Shown: piece after piece, positions 1 to 9,576 of the stretch
How positions within the stretch are numbered: position 1 is the first letter of the stretch
Layout of the letters: the number at the start of each line of letters is the position of its first letter
Source of the DNA: a virus
Lineage: Duplodnaviria > Caudoviricetes
Length of the DNA stretch: 27,871 nt
Virus record (IMG/VR): IMGVR_UViG_3300025167_000050
Coordinates: 1-27,871 of that record
Reading direction: 5' to 3' (one strand)
Notes under the pieces: generated by a model
The model's input: the letters and a program-made list of their open reading frames with translations, nothing else
Databases searched by the model: none
What the model was told of the DNA's origin: nothing
Made by a program: the position numbers and the translations under genes

Positions 1-217
1 CCCACCTTTCCGTGCCGTTGCGATCCTTGCCGTCCCCTGGTGCAAAACCCGCCGTCCCCAGCACCGAGGCCGGGTTGGACAGGCACCGAAGGACGGCAGG
101 CTTATGTTCGTCGTGGATTCCCGGCCTCGACTTGCTACCATTGTCGGCAATTACCCTATAAAACTAATAGGCAAAATGCTTGAGCAACGCAGAATTATTG
201 AGAAAGTAGTGCTGTAA

Positions 218-712
218 ATGGCAAATGAACCGTGGAAACCAGGTTCAAGCTTGGGATCGAAGCTGTGTCAGTTTCCAAAGGGCCATCAACTCCTACGAGC
301 GCCGCTGTTCGCCAAGGCACTTCATGCACTTGGACGGCGCAAAATTCTGCACCCGGAACCAAATGGTGAACTTAAAGAACGAACACGCTTCGAGGCATTA
401 GCACTTCGGTTATGGCAATGGGCACTGTGTGAACCCGAACATTCATGGCAAGTGCCCCTGATCATGAATTCGCAGCTTCAACTATTGCGTCGGCTTGATC
501 CGGTTCCCAAAGATGATAAGCCGGCAGTCAACGTAGTAGTGGCCAACGACCAGCAAGTGCAATTAGCCAACAGTGTCATGCAGGCTCCATCCGGCGAGCG
601 AGGTTCTGCACTTATCGCTATACTTAAACAGCATGGATTCCTCGATGCTGATGGCACAAATGGAAAGCAAAGCCTTCCGAGCACGCAAGCTGATACACAA
701 ACTCAACAGTGA
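218..712 (+). CDS. probable terminase small subunit
   Basis: 164 aa ORF immediately upstream of, and probably overlapping, the large terminase; assignment is positional only. Confidence 0.55.
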   Translation: MANEPWKPGSSLGSKLCQFPKGHQLLRAPLFAKALHALGRRKILHPEPNGELKERTRFEALALRLWQWALCEPEHSWQVPLIMNSQLQLLRRLDPVPKDDKPAVNVVVANDQQVQLANSVMQAPSGERGSALIAILKQHGFLDADGTNGKQSLPSTQADTQTQQ

Positions 713-2192
713 TTTTCAAGAGGGCAAACCATGCCCTCCAATGCTTGAGCGTCTATTGCTCTTCTACCGTTGGTGTGAAAGTGGACTAGCGATTATTCGT
801 TCGCGCGAGGCAACGCTCATCCCGCTCTGCCTCAATGACGTACAGTGCATTGTTCTTGCCACTGCGATGAGCCAGGCGGCAAGAGGGCAGCCGGTACGGC
901 TGGTGATCCTCAAGCACCGGAAGCCCGGCGTCAGCACCATGGTGCAAGCTCTATTCTTTTTCTTTTGTGCACACTACGGCAATCAGATCGGCAATATGCT
1001 GGCACACCAAGCGGCCAGCACGTCGGAAATCTTCCAAATCAGCAAACTCATGGCCGAGCATTACCCATACACGGCACTGGGCGTAGGGCAGAACCAGATA
1101 AGCTTCGATGGCGGTTCGCGGTTCATCTGTCACACTGCTGGCGGTGAATCGTTCGGGGCCGGCGGAACGCCGAACCTGTTGCACCTATCGGAAGTGGCCC
1201 TATGGAAACAGAACAAGCACGAAACGGAATATGCATCGACTCAGGCCGTGCCATTTGATCCATGCACCGTCATTATCTACGAGTCCACGGCACGAGGGCG
1301 CGATTTGTTCTATGAACGATTCGAAGCTGCTCATGATCCGAGCAGTGCATATGAGCCATTGTTCTTTCCTTGGTACATGAACGATTGGGCTACGTCGCCG
1401 GCCGATGCTGATGTCTCGATCAACGATGAAGAACAATGGCTTGTCCAAAGCGCACACGATAACGGCGTTAGGATTACGCCAGGCCACATCGCTTGGCGAC
1501 GCATGAAGCTGGCCGAACTAGGCGAGATCACGTTCCGGCAAGAGTATCCGTCAACGGCGGAAGAGGCAGTACGAGGCACGCGTAGTCTGGTTGTCCCGCA
1601 CCTGGATAGCTGCATAATTGAGGACGTGCCTTATGTCTACGCCGGTATGGAATACTTCACGAATCGGGTAGGCGGCATTGACTTCGGCTACAACGATGAC
1701 ACCGTGATCATCAGTGCGGTGCGATTTGGTCAAGTTATATTCGTTATTGACGTGGCTGTATTCGCACAATCGTTATCGACTGATCAGGCATCGGCCATTA
1801 TGGTCGGCCACAGATACTTCTGCGATCCGAGTGCGCTGGCCGCAAGGAAGGAACTCGAAAAACTCCGGCCTGATGCCACATTCATGGCTGCACCCATAAT
1901 GGCCAAGCCGCAGGATTCGGAAGCAAGCTGGCAGCGTGTACGAGCTATGATATTAGCTGGGAACTTGAAGATAGTCCGTTCGTGTGCAGGACGCCTGCTT
2001 CGTGAATCGGAATCATTGATCTACAATGAGCGGACAGGCTTCCCGGACAAGGGGCGTTCAGAAGCCTGCGGGCATTATGATGCTTTGGATGCTCTGCGAT
2101 ATCTTGTGAACGGCGTCGCCGGCTGCGACATTAGGCCGTTGAACGTGAAGCACACTCGCGGCTTCAGTCTGAGAAAGGACTTGATGATATGA
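660..2192 (+). CDS. terL: terminase large subunit
   Basis: Walker A-like ILKHRKPGVST, Walker B LLHLSE, coupling motif YESTARG, FRQEYP, RNase H-like nuclease motifs GGIDFG and HYDALDALRY; start uncertain (ATG 651, 660 or 741). Confidence 0.92.
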   Translation: MESKAFRARKLIHKLNSDFQEGKPCPPMLERLLLFYRWCESGLAIIRSREATLIPLCLNDVQCIVLATAMSQAARGQPVRLVILKHRKPGVSTMVQALFFFFCAHYGNQIGNMLAHQAASTSEIFQISKLMAEHYPYTALGVGQNQISFDGGSRFICHTAGGESFGAGGTPNLLHLSEVALWKQNKHETEYASTQAVPFDPCTVIIYESTARGRDLFYERFEAAHDPSSAYEPLFFPWYMNDWATSPADADVSINDEEQWLVQSAHDNGVRITPGHIAWRRMKLAELGEITFRQEYPSTAEEAVRGTRSLVVPHLDSCIIEDVPYVYAGMEYFTNRVGGIDFGYNDDTVIISAVRFGQVIFVIDVAVFAQSLSTDQASAIMVGHRYFCDPSALAARKELEKLRPDATFMAAPIMAKPQDSEASWQRVRAMILAGNLKIVRSCAGRLLRESESLIYNERTGFPDKGRSEACGHYDALDALRYLVNGVAGCDIRPLNVKHTRGFSLRKDLMI

Positions 2193-3418
2193 TGATCAAT
2201 GTACGCGAGACGAGCCCGGTGCTGGCCCGTCTACATCATTCAATTTACAAGCCGTCTTTGTCGATTGACTACAATCGTCGGTATCTCACCGATTTCCCCA
2301 CCCCTAACAAATTCTCTGCTTGGTGGAAACAGATTGATGCAGGGGATATTGCAGCCGCCATAGAGATGACGGAGGAAATGGAAGCCAAAGATGCTCACTT
2401 GCAAGATGTCGCAAGCCGCCGGCGAGAAGCCTTGACGGCATTAGATTGGACGATCGTGCCTGCAAGTAAAGACGCATCGGACGAAGAAATGGAGGTTGCA
2501 GCATTCGTTCAGGGAACATTGGAACAACTACCGAGTTTCCCAGTTGTGCTTGAGCACCTGGCGGAAGCCATTGGCCCGGGTATCTCGGTCGCCGAATTGA
2601 TTTGGAAGCGTGGTCGGCTGGTGGATATCGTCTCAGTACCCGGCCATCGACTGCAAGGCAGTTTGTTCAATCCTACGCAAATCTATGTGGAGACGGAAGA
2701 CAATAGATATCCAGGCGTGGCGGCAGTTCAGCCGAAATTCGTAACCTACACGCCGAGCAGCCGTGCCGGGTTCCCGATGCGCGTAACGATCAGCCGAGCG
2801 CAATCCTACATTTGGGTGATTAAGCATTTCTTAATTGCCAGTTGGAGCGGTTACATTGAGACCTTCGGCCAGCCGGTTCGCACGGCTAGTATCGAACCGG
2901 GCGTGCAGGATGACGTCAAAGCTGAAGTCAAGAGTATGTTGGAGAATATGGGTACCGAAATGTATGCCATGTTCCCCAAGGGGGTGGACCTGCAATTCCT
3001 TGAAGCGGCTAAACATAATCAGCCGTTCGAGGGCATGATTGATTGGATTGAGGCTAAGCAATCCATTTTGTATCTCGGCCAAACATTGACGACCGAGCAG
3101 GGCAATGTCGGCAGTCTTGCTCTAGGTCGCGTACATGAAAACGTGCGAGCCTCCATCACCTTCTCAGATGTGCAGAAGGAACGCCGCATGATCCGCGAGC
3201 AGATCATTCGGCCTATTGTCATGTTTCGTTGGCCGGGTCGTGATGTACTCATTCCCAAGTTTCAACGGCGGATCATTGAAGCGCGTCAACTTGATGCTGA
3301 ACGCACGGACTTGGACAAGATTCGGCTCATGCGTGAACTGGGGTTGCCCATAGACTCTTCGGTCATCTACGAGCGTCTCGGATTCCCGCTGCCAAAGGAT
3401 GACGGCAAGGATGGCTGA
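2189..3418 (+). CDS. portal protein, Mu gp29-like (DUF935)
   Basis: EEMEAKDAHL..RREALTALDW, GISVAELIW, IETFGQP, LGQTLTTE and ALGRVHE motifs; follows terL with ATGA overlap and SD AAAGGA. Confidence 0.9.
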   Translation: MMINVRETSPVLARLHHSIYKPSLSIDYNRRYLTDFPTPNKFSAWWKQIDAGDIAAAIEMTEEMEAKDAHLQDVASRRREALTALDWTIVPASKDASDEEMEVAAFVQGTLEQLPSFPVVLEHLAEAIGPGISVAELIWKRGRLVDIVSVPGHRLQGSLFNPTQIYVETEDNRYPGVAAVQPKFVTYTPSSRAGFPMRVTISRAQSYIWVIKHFLIASWSGYIETFGQPVRTASIEPGVQDDVKAEVKSMLENMGTEMYAMFPKGVDLQFLEAAKHNQPFEGMIDWIEAKQSILYLGQTLTTEQGNVGSLALGRVHENVRASITFSDVQKERRMIREQIIRPIVMFRWPGRDVLIPKFQRRIIEARQLDAERTDLDKIRLMRELGLPIDSSVIYERLGFPLPKDDGKDG

Positions 3419-4124
3419 TCCTCTTCCGAAAGTTCTCATTGCCGTGCCACACATGGGCTGGATACATGTGGACTTGGTATGTGCAATGATGGGTTGGATG
3501 AGCGATGCGCGTGTGGACAAGAGATTCTTTTTCAACAACGCCGTCCCCTGCGAGAATAATCGGAACCAGATCGCAAAACGCTTCTTGGACAGTGATTGCC
3601 AATGGCTTATAACCATCGATGACGATAATGTGCCGCTGCGCAACCCGATCGATTTGGTGATTCGGTATCCGAACATAGACGTCATCGGTATCCCATGTCC
3701 ATTGTGGCAATTGAAAGAGCTTGATCGCAATCCATTCTGTTGGAACTTCTCGCGCTATGGCGACGAAACGGAAGACGGTTTAGCTGCCGTGGATCATGTA
3801 GGGACCGGGTGCATGATCATCCGTCGCAAAGTTCTGGAAACGATACAATCGCCCTTCTCGTCTGAGTGGAACCCGGACGGCATATTGCGTTATGGAACGG
3901 ATGTGGCCTTCTGCCGAAGATGCAAGAAAGCCGGATTCGGAGTCTTCATCCACACGCATTATGTGTGCAGACATTACAAGGAGATTGATCTTGAGCTTGC
4001 TCTCCGATGCATTAGACAATGCCGCGCAGGTGGAGTGGCAGACGAAACAATACGATTGGAAGCCGATTCCTTGGATGTCCTACGCACATCAGGCGGCGCT
4101 CCAGCATGTAATCACGTCGCCTGA
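3411..4124 (+). CDS. GT-A fold (GT2-like) glycosyltransferase
   Basis: KVLIAVP start, NRNQIAKRFL, DxD in ITIDDD, VGTGCMIIRRKVLE, TDVAFCRRCKKAGFGVF; the last ~40 codons overlap the next gene. Confidence 0.85.
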   Translation: MADPLPKVLIAVPHMGWIHVDLVCAMMGWMSDARVDKRFFFNNAVPCENNRNQIAKRFLDSDCQWLITIDDDNVPLRNPIDLVIRYPNIDVIGIPCPLWQLKELDRNPFCWNFSRYGDETEDGLAAVDHVGTGCMIIRRKVLETIQSPFSSEWNPDGILRYGTDVAFCRRCKKAGFGVFIHTHYVCRHYKEIDLELALRCIRQCRAGGVADETIRLEADSLDVLRTSGGAPACNHVA

Positions 4125-4584
4125 CTGCCGGAAGTGTCTCGAATATGGGTCCGGCGGATCGACGGTATGGTTGTGCTACACGAATCCCTTGTGCAAGGTG
4201 GTGTCTCTTGAAGAGGACGTGTATTGGATCAATCGTGTTGCGGTTCTGTATCGCAGTTTACAGGACGCGGGAATGGAACTGGCGTCGCTTAGTTTGTATT
4301 ACAGCCAGCCGGATGGAGATAGCTTGCAAGAGTTTGGGCAACCACCACATGCACGATTAACGGACATGTTTGATTGCGTATTCGTTGATGGGCGTTCTAT
4401 GGGGCGACCCAATCAGTTGCAAGAAGGCTGGTCTAAGTTGCTTCCTGGAGGTTACATGATCCTCCACGATGCCGAACGGGCGGAGTATGCAGAGGCGCTA
4501 TCTGCGATCGTGCAGGGCTGTTCCGAAACCTGGAATAAAGGGCCACCGGGCAGTGCGCACTTGTTTATTGGAAAAAAATCTTGA
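3991..4584 (+). CDS. class I SAM-dependent methyltransferase
   Basis: Motif I LEYGSGGST, VSLEED, FDCVFVDG, LLPGGYMILHD; proposed TTG start at 3991 with SD AAGGAG 7 nt upstream (alternative GTG 4030). Confidence 0.85.
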   Translation: MSLLSDALDNAAQVEWQTKQYDWKPIPWMSYAHQAALQHVITSPDCRKCLEYGSGGSTVWLCYTNPLCKVVSLEEDVYWINRVAVLYRSLQDAGMELASLSLYYSQPDGDSLQEFGQPPHARLTDMFDCVFVDGRSMGRPNQLQEGWSKLLPGGYMILHDAERAEYAEALSAIVQGCSETWNKGPPGSAHLFIGKKS

Positions 4585-4793
4585 CTGAGCAGCCGATAGA
4601 ACAAACACTTGCGACTCTGCTCACTAGACAGCAGGCAGCACGAATACTTAACCTTAAAGTCATTACACTGGATATGTGGCGATATAGACATACCGGTCCG
4701 CCATATGTTAAACTCGGCCATTCAGTGCGGTACCAAGCGTCTGACTTGCATGAATGGGTGACTACCCGACGCATCTCACCTGTTGACAAATAA
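4581..4793 (+). CDS. excisionase/AlpA-like (HTH_17) DNA-binding protein
   Basis: LLTRQQAARILNL..TLDMWR..GPPYVKLGHSVRY..DLHEW pattern; TTGA start/stop overlap with the methyltransferase. Confidence 0.85.
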   Translation: MTEQPIEQTLATLLTRQQAARILNLKVITLDMWRYRHTGPPYVKLGHSVRYQASDLHEWVTTRRISPVDK

Positions 4794-4811
4794 CAGCTTG
4801 CCGCGTTTAAT
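4783..4811 (+). promoter_or_regulatory. sigma70-type promoter of protease/capsid genes
   Basis: TTGACA (4783-4788), 17-nt spacer, TTTAAT (4806-4811); ATG of the protease follows after 8 nt. Confidence 0.7.
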
Positions 4812-4819
4812 TCTGCGCC

Positions 4820-6004
4820 ATGGTCGATGTGTTGGTCTCCAGTCGCAGCATCACGCCGCGTGCTCCTCGCCGCATTCTTCTCCTACATGCCGGTGACATC
4901 AACTGGTCCGGTATGACGGCATTCCTGGACGAGTCTGCCGCACAGCAAATCATCGAGGATTTCAAGCGGCAGGGCGTGCAGTTGCCTGTTGATTACCATC
5001 ATCAGACGACAAAGGCCGAAGACGGCCTGGACATAAAGGCCGAAGCCGCGGGATGGATCACTGATCTGGTATACGTCGCGGGTAAAGGGCTCTACGGTTT
5101 CGTGGAATGGACTGATGAAGCGCGAGAACTCATTGAATCTAAGAAATTCAAGTACATCAGTCCGGTTGTGTATTTTGAGAAGGCTACTGGGAAGCTTAGT
5201 GGCTTACATAGCGTGGCGCTAACAAACAGGCCGCGTACGCGCGAATTGCCGGAGTTGTTGGCACAAGCTGCACATAGAAAGGACGCAAAGACAATGGCAG
5301 GTGACATCAAGGCAGATGCGAAAGAGAAACAAGCTGCCGTCATGGATGAAATGCCGGCGGTCGATCCGGTCAGTTCCGCCTTGAAAGAAATTATCAGCGT
5401 TCTTGGTTTAAGTCCCGAAGCTTCCATGACGGAGGTTTTGCAGGCCGTCATTGCCAAGATCGGCAAAGGAAACCCTGAAGAGGAAGAGGAGGACGAAGAG
5501 AAAGAAAGCCAAGAGGAGACGGCACATATGGCTGAATTGAAGATCAAGGCCGAATCATACGATGCAATGGCCGGTCGAATTGCAGCCCTGGAAAAAGCTG
5601 CGGCTGACAATCAGGAAAAGGAGAAGCAGCGCACTGCTGCTGAACTTGTAGAGGAACAGATTGAGGCAGGTCGGCTCTTACCCGATGCCAAAGACGCCGT
5701 GGCTGCTGCAAAGGACTTAGCCAACAAGGATCCCGAAGGCTTCAAAAAGATTTTCGCGGCCATGCCTGTAGTTGCACCTCCGGGACGCGTGATGACCGAA
5801 GGTACATTCGGTGCATCCGGCAGGCCCTCCGATCGGACAAGCCTCATCGCTGCTGAACTTCGTGGCTATGACAGCGAAACGCATGTCCTTAAGACCACGA
5901 AAGCCGGATGGGTGAATGCGGGTCTTATGGCCGCCGGATTGCCACGGCTGACACGCGATGAAGTGAAAGCCTTGGACACCAATAGCAAAGCAAAGGAGAA
6001 CTAA
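4820..6004 (+). CDS. Mu gpI-like prohead protease with C-terminal scaffold region
   Basis: LPVDYHHQT, AAGWI, GLYGFVEWT, FKYISPV, LHSVALTNRP motifs; acidic/helical C-terminal half. Confidence 0.92.
   Translation: MVDVLVSSRSITPRAPRRILLLHAGDINWSGMTAFLDESAAQQIIEDFKRQGVQLPVDYHHQTTKAEDGLDIKAEAAGWITDLVYVAGKGLYGFVEWTDEARELIESKKFKYISPVVYFEKATGKLSGLHSVALTNRPRTRELPELLAQAAHRKDAKTMAGDIKADAKEKQAAVMDEMPAVDPVSSALKEIISVLGLSPEASMTEVLQAVIAKIGKGNPEEEEEDEEKESQEETAHMAELKIKAESYDAMAGRIAALEKAAADNQEKEKQRTAAELVEEQIEAGRLLPDAKDAVAAAKDLANKDPEGFKKIFAAMPVVAPPGRVMTEGTFGASGRPSDRTSLIAAELRGYDSETHVLKTTKAGWVNAGLMAAGLPRLTRDEVKALDTNSKAKEN
5294..6004 (+). CDS. possible internally initiated scaffold (Mu gpZ-like)
   Basis: In-frame ATG 5294 (MAGDIK..) preceded by AAAGGA right after the protease domain; analogous to the Mu I/Z arrangement. 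Confidence 0.5.
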   Translation: MAGDIKADAKEKQAAVMDEMPAVDPVSSALKEIISVLGLSPEASMTEVLQAVIAKIGKGNPEEEEEDEEKESQEETAHMAELKIKAESYDAMAGRIAALEKAAADNQEKEKQRTAAELVEEQIEAGRLLPDAKDAVAAAKDLANKDPEGFKKIFAAMPVVAPPGRVMTEGTFGASGRPSDRTSLIAAELRGYDSETHVLKTTKAGWVNAGLMAAGLPRLTRDEVKALDTNSKAKEN

Positions 6005-6460
6005 ATGGCCGCATTAGCAGCAGACAGAGCGGTTCCAACGAACATATCCGGATTGGATCAACTGCCAAGCGGAGGCGTGCGAAATTATGGAGTGGTCGCC
6101 AGTGACATCGTCTATCAGGGTTCCTTCGTAAATCTTGGTAGTGGGTATATTCGTCCTTGCAGTGTCGGTGCTGCGCAAGTTGTCGGCATTGCTCTGCACA
6201 AGGCCGACAATGCCGCTGGTGCCGCAGGTGCGAAGAGCGTACAGGTATGGACTGGAGGTCTCTTCCAGCACGCATTGGCTGCTGCCGCTGTTACCGACAT
6301 CCAAGCGGCCGGAAAATTGGTCTACGCGGACAATGCGAATAGCAATGGTGATCATGTATTGACGTTCGTGAGCACGGCCAACAGTTTAGTCGGTCGTGTA
6401 GTAGACGTGCCTGCCGCGGGGCAAGTCGTCGTGCGTATGCTGTGGCCGCAAAGCAGCTAA
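6005..6460 (+). CDS. head decoration/cement protein
   Basis: Small Ala/Gly/Val-rich protein between protease and capsid; VVGIA, GKLVYAD, VGRVV motifs; SD AAGGAG. Confidence 0.75.
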   Translation: MAALAADRAVPTNISGLDQLPSGGVRNYGVVASDIVYQGSFVNLGSGYIRPCSVGAAQVVGIALHKADNAAGAAGAKSVQVWTGGLFQHALAAAAVTDIQAAGKLVYADNANSNGDHVLTFVSTANSLVGRVVDVPAAGQVVVRMLWPQSS

Positions 6461-6472
6461 GGAGAATAACAG

Positions 6473-7390
6473 ATGCCAAACCTTCTCAAACAACTTACCC
6501 AGCGCGAAGCACTCGGCAAGTTCGTCGATGCAATGGATGCGGCACCGAATATCTGGCAAGGCTGGTGTACGGAAGTCGAGTCCACCAACGAGAGCGAGCA
6601 GCATTCGTGGTTGGGTGCCATGCCTAAGCCCAAGGAATTCGCAGGTAGTTATGCCTTCGAAGGACTTATGGACTTCACGTACAACATTGCCAATAAGGAA
6701 TTCACGCTCGCATTCGTCATCGATCGCAACGCACTGGAGGATGATAAGACCGGCGAGATCGATCGGCGTATCAGTCAAGCCGCCCAATTCTGGTCCTTGT
6801 TCAAGGATGAGCAACTCAAGGATAAGCTGGAAGCAACGACGACGGATACGTACGACGGCGTGGCGTTCTTTTCCGATTCCAGAACGATCGGTGCATCGGG
6901 CACCATTGACAATAACGTCGGTGTAGCAGCGACGGTGGAAGCCAATCCGACAACGACTGAATTTCTGGATGCATTGCGTGATGCTGTCGCAGCCTTGGAG
7001 GGCTTCGCCGACGATCAGGGACGTGCCGGATACAATGCCGCATCAGCCTCCGAGTTCCGCGTCATCGTTCCGCCGAAGTATCGCAAGGCGGCGACGGAAG
7101 CGCTGAATGCGACGATCATCGTCAATACCAGCAACCCCTTCGGTCAGAACCTGGCACAACTGGACGTCCTGCCCTATCTGACGGCAGCTAACAATGTGTT
7201 CTTCATGGCTGCGACTGGAACGCCGCAGCGACGGCCGTTCATCATGCAAACACGGACGCCGTTTGAACTTGATGTACTCAGTGATGATGCGTCTCTGGCT
7301 GAGAATCACGGCCTCAAGTTCATCGCTCGGCAGAGGTATCACTTGCAATACGGCGAACCGCGCAAGGCGGTTAAGAGTACCTTCTCTTAG
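6473..7390 (+). CDS. major capsid protein, Mu gpT-like
   Basis: WLGAMPKPKEFAG, YNIANKEF..IDRNALEDDKTG, YDGVAFFSDS, VIVPP, RPFIMQTR; SD AAGGAG. Confidence 0.92.
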   Translation: MPNLLKQLTQREALGKFVDAMDAAPNIWQGWCTEVESTNESEQHSWLGAMPKPKEFAGSYAFEGLMDFTYNIANKEFTLAFVIDRNALEDDKTGEIDRRISQAAQFWSLFKDEQLKDKLEATTTDTYDGVAFFSDSRTIGASGTIDNNVGVAATVEANPTTTEFLDALRDAVAALEGFADDQGRAGYNAASASEFRVIVPPKYRKAATEALNATIIVNTSNPFGQNLAQLDVLPYLTAANNVFFMAATGTPQRRPFIMQTRTPFELDVLSDDASLAENHGLKFIARQRYHLQYGEPRKAVKSTFS

Positions 7391-7399
7391 GATTGAGAT

Positions 7400-7846
7400 A
7401 TGGTCATCATTGACAAAGTAAGCGGAAGGCCGTGGAATAATGCGAATGCTGCGCTTAAGAGCCGTTCCATTCGTGCACAAGTCGTAAGTGAATTGCGAAA
7501 GCGCGATACGGAACGAGGAATACCTGAGAACGGGCAAGTATACCGCGAGGAAGTCACCACGGTTAAGAAAAACGGGCAGGAAGAAGTCGTAAAACGCGTG
7601 TGCATTGTTGATCCCATTCTTGCGGCCCTGCGACATAAACCGGAAGAGGTGGATACATTGCATCGTCTACGGTGGCTGGAGTTTGCATCTGAACCGCAAG
7701 ACGAAACAGCGTTTATAGACTCCGTGAATAAAACGGCCTTAGCTGCCGAAAAAAACCGACTCAAAAAGAAAGCCGATGAATTGGGGCTGATTGATGGGCA
7801 ACTACGCGAGCGTAGCAGACTTGCAAAACAGGTTCGAGAACAATGA
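7400..7846 (+). CDS. hypothetical protein (post-capsid)
   Basis: 148 aa charged ORF filling the gap between capsid and adaptor. Confidence 0.7.
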   Translation: MVIIDKVSGRPWNNANAALKSRSIRAQVVSELRKRDTERGIPENGQVYREEVTTVKKNGQEEVVKRVCIVDPILAALRHKPEEVDTLHRLRWLEFASEPQDETAFIDSVNKTALAAEKNRLKKKADELGLIDGQLRERSRLAKQVREQ

Positions 7847-8264
7847 GGCGGTTGCTCATCTTACGAACACGATAGATGAGACCGGCGTACCTGATACCGC
7901 CGTACTCAATGAAGTCATCGACCATGCCGAAGGCTTCATCAACAGCTTTTGCGGCAATCGCTACAAAGTGCCGGTCAGCACGACGGACGCCGGCGTTGCT
8001 GCCATGCTCAAGGGAATCACGCTTGATCTGGCGGCGTATTTCTTAGTGGCTCGCCCGGGAACCGAAGTTTTGGCTGGAATGCAGTTAGCATATGACCAGG
8101 CTGTTGCATGGCTGGAACTCATACGTGAAGGGAAGGCCGTCTTGCCATCGGCCGCCACGCTCGCCAGTACCGGAAGCCGTGATCCATTATTCGGCTGGGG
8201 TCAGTCCAGTACCGCAGTCACCAGCCTCCGACGATTTGCCATTGCACAGCAGGAACAGATCTGA
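7794..8264 (+). CDS. head-tail adaptor, Mu gp36-like (DUF1320)
   Basis: YASVADLQNRF, INSFCGNRYKVP, AYDQAVAWLELIREGK. Confidence 0.85.
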   Translation: MGNYASVADLQNRFENNEAVAHLTNTIDETGVPDTAVLNEVIDHAEGFINSFCGNRYKVPVSTTDAGVAAMLKGITLDLAAYFLVARPGTEVLAGMQLAYDQAVAWLELIREGKAVLPSAATLASTGSRDPLFGWGQSSTAVTSLRRFAIAQQEQI

Positions 8265-8689
8265 TGATCGAACAGATCGAATTGGCACTGATCAAGCAAT
8301 TCGACGGCGATATGCGTCTCGTCAAGGAGGCTCGCAAGCTCTATCCAATCGGAGAAGAGCAGCAAGTAACGCGACCTTACGTAACACTTGCAATGACGAT
8401 GGCCGAAAACGTATCGGCCTTCCAAGAGCATCAGGAGCAATGGGAAGCCACGTTCACGATCCATACTTCCTCGGTAACGCCGAGAACCGCGAAGCGCATT
8501 GCGCAACATCTGCTTCGGGTGTTTGGCGATCAAGTATTCTCATGCGGCGATGGAGTGCAGATAACGGGCATGTGGCTTACCGGTAGTTCGCCACCGGAGC
8601 GAGTTGAGGACTTGGCAAACACATGGCAGATGGAAGTGACTTTCGAGGTCTTTGTTGACCGTGCGACGGCAGTTACGGCGAACATGTGA
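8264..8689 (+). CDS. tail terminator/completion protein
   Basis: 141 aa, RPYVTL motif and alternating beta strands; TGATG coupling; position. Confidence 0.65.
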   Translation: MIEQIELALIKQFDGDMRLVKEARKLYPIGEEQQVTRPYVTLAMTMAENVSAFQEHQEQWEATFTIHTSSVTPRTAKRIAQHLLRVFGDQVFSCGDGVQITGMWLTGSSPPERVEDLANTWQMEVTFEVFVDRATAVTANM

Positions 8690-9081
8690 TGGCACTATCA
8701 GCGACAAAAGTTAGGCGAATCGAGTTCAATCTCAATCGCATCATTACGCGCAATAACCGCGTTCTGTCGCAAGTCCTGAACGACCTGACAGGCGAGATTG
8801 AAGCGGAATACAAGCACAGATTGAGCGCAAAGCAAGCGCCACCGCCATCTAAGCGCGGACAGATTCCGGCACGAGACAGCGGCCAACTCGTGGATAATAC
8901 ACATGTCATCCGCAAAGGTCGTGAGATTATTGTTACCACGCTTCAATACGGAGTATGGTTAGATGGAGGCACTAGTACTATCGCTGCACGCCCTTGGATT
9001 CGCCGTCTACTGCACAACCGTCGTGCCTATTGGTCCAAGCGTACCACTGCATTGTTGCACGCTCATTCGAAAGGCCGCTAG
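8689..9081 (+). CDS. HK97 gp10-like tail/neck component
   Basis: Basic protein; PSKRGQIPARDSGQL and YGVWLDGGTSTIAARPWIR motifs. Confidence 0.75.
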   Translation: MALSATKVRRIEFNLNRIITRNNRVLSQVLNDLTGEIEAEYKHRLSAKQAPPPSKRGQIPARDSGQLVDNTHVIRKGREIIVTTLQYGVWLDGGTSTIAARPWIRRLLHNRRAYWSKRTTALLHAHSKGR

Positions 9082-9084
9082 CGG

Positions 9085-9576
9085 ATGGCCACATTAGGAC
9101 AATCCATTTCCGGCGTACGCGGCAAAGTACTCATCGGAACCAATCGTATTACGATAACGCCCGGTGCTCAGGATGCAGTCGGTACGGTGGCCGTCGGCAA
9201 TATCATCCGATGGTCCGCCACCATTGCCCGAGAAATACTTGATGCCAGCACCTTCGAGCAGCAAGACAATGCCCGGCGCAAGCTAGGCGGCATGATGTCC
9301 CTCACCGGCAGCGTCGAAGGTCGAATGGACAACATCAATCTATTCAATCTGATCCGCATTCAGACGGAAGACGTGATCGTCGATACTGCGCCAGGGGTGG
9401 GTGATCCTGCGTGGTTCGATCTTTATACGATCGGCACTGCCGGTTCTACATTAGGCTATCGGTTCCAAGCACTGGTAAGCAACATCCGCATGGATACGCC
9501 AAAAAACGGATGGGCGACGTTTACTTTAGATTTCCAGAGCGACGGTGACATAACCATTCCCGCGGCGGCTCCATAA
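9085..9576 (+). CDS. tail tube protein, paralog 1
   Basis: SGVRGKV..IIRWSATI..DASTF..LGGM..TGSVEG..FTLDFQSDG pattern typical of tube proteins. Confidence 0.75.
   Translation: MATLGQSISGVRGKVLIGTNRITITPGAQDAVGTVAVGNIIRWSATIAREILDASTFEQQDNARRKLGGMMSLTGSVEGRMDNINLFNLIRIQTEDVIVDTAPGVGDPAWFDLYTIGTAGSTLGYRFQALVSNIRMDTPKNGWATFTLDFQSDGDITIPAAAP

Noticed and set aside
4581-4793. Functional excisionase / integration module
   Set aside because: No integrase or att-like repeat nearby; the fold is shared with many transcription regulators
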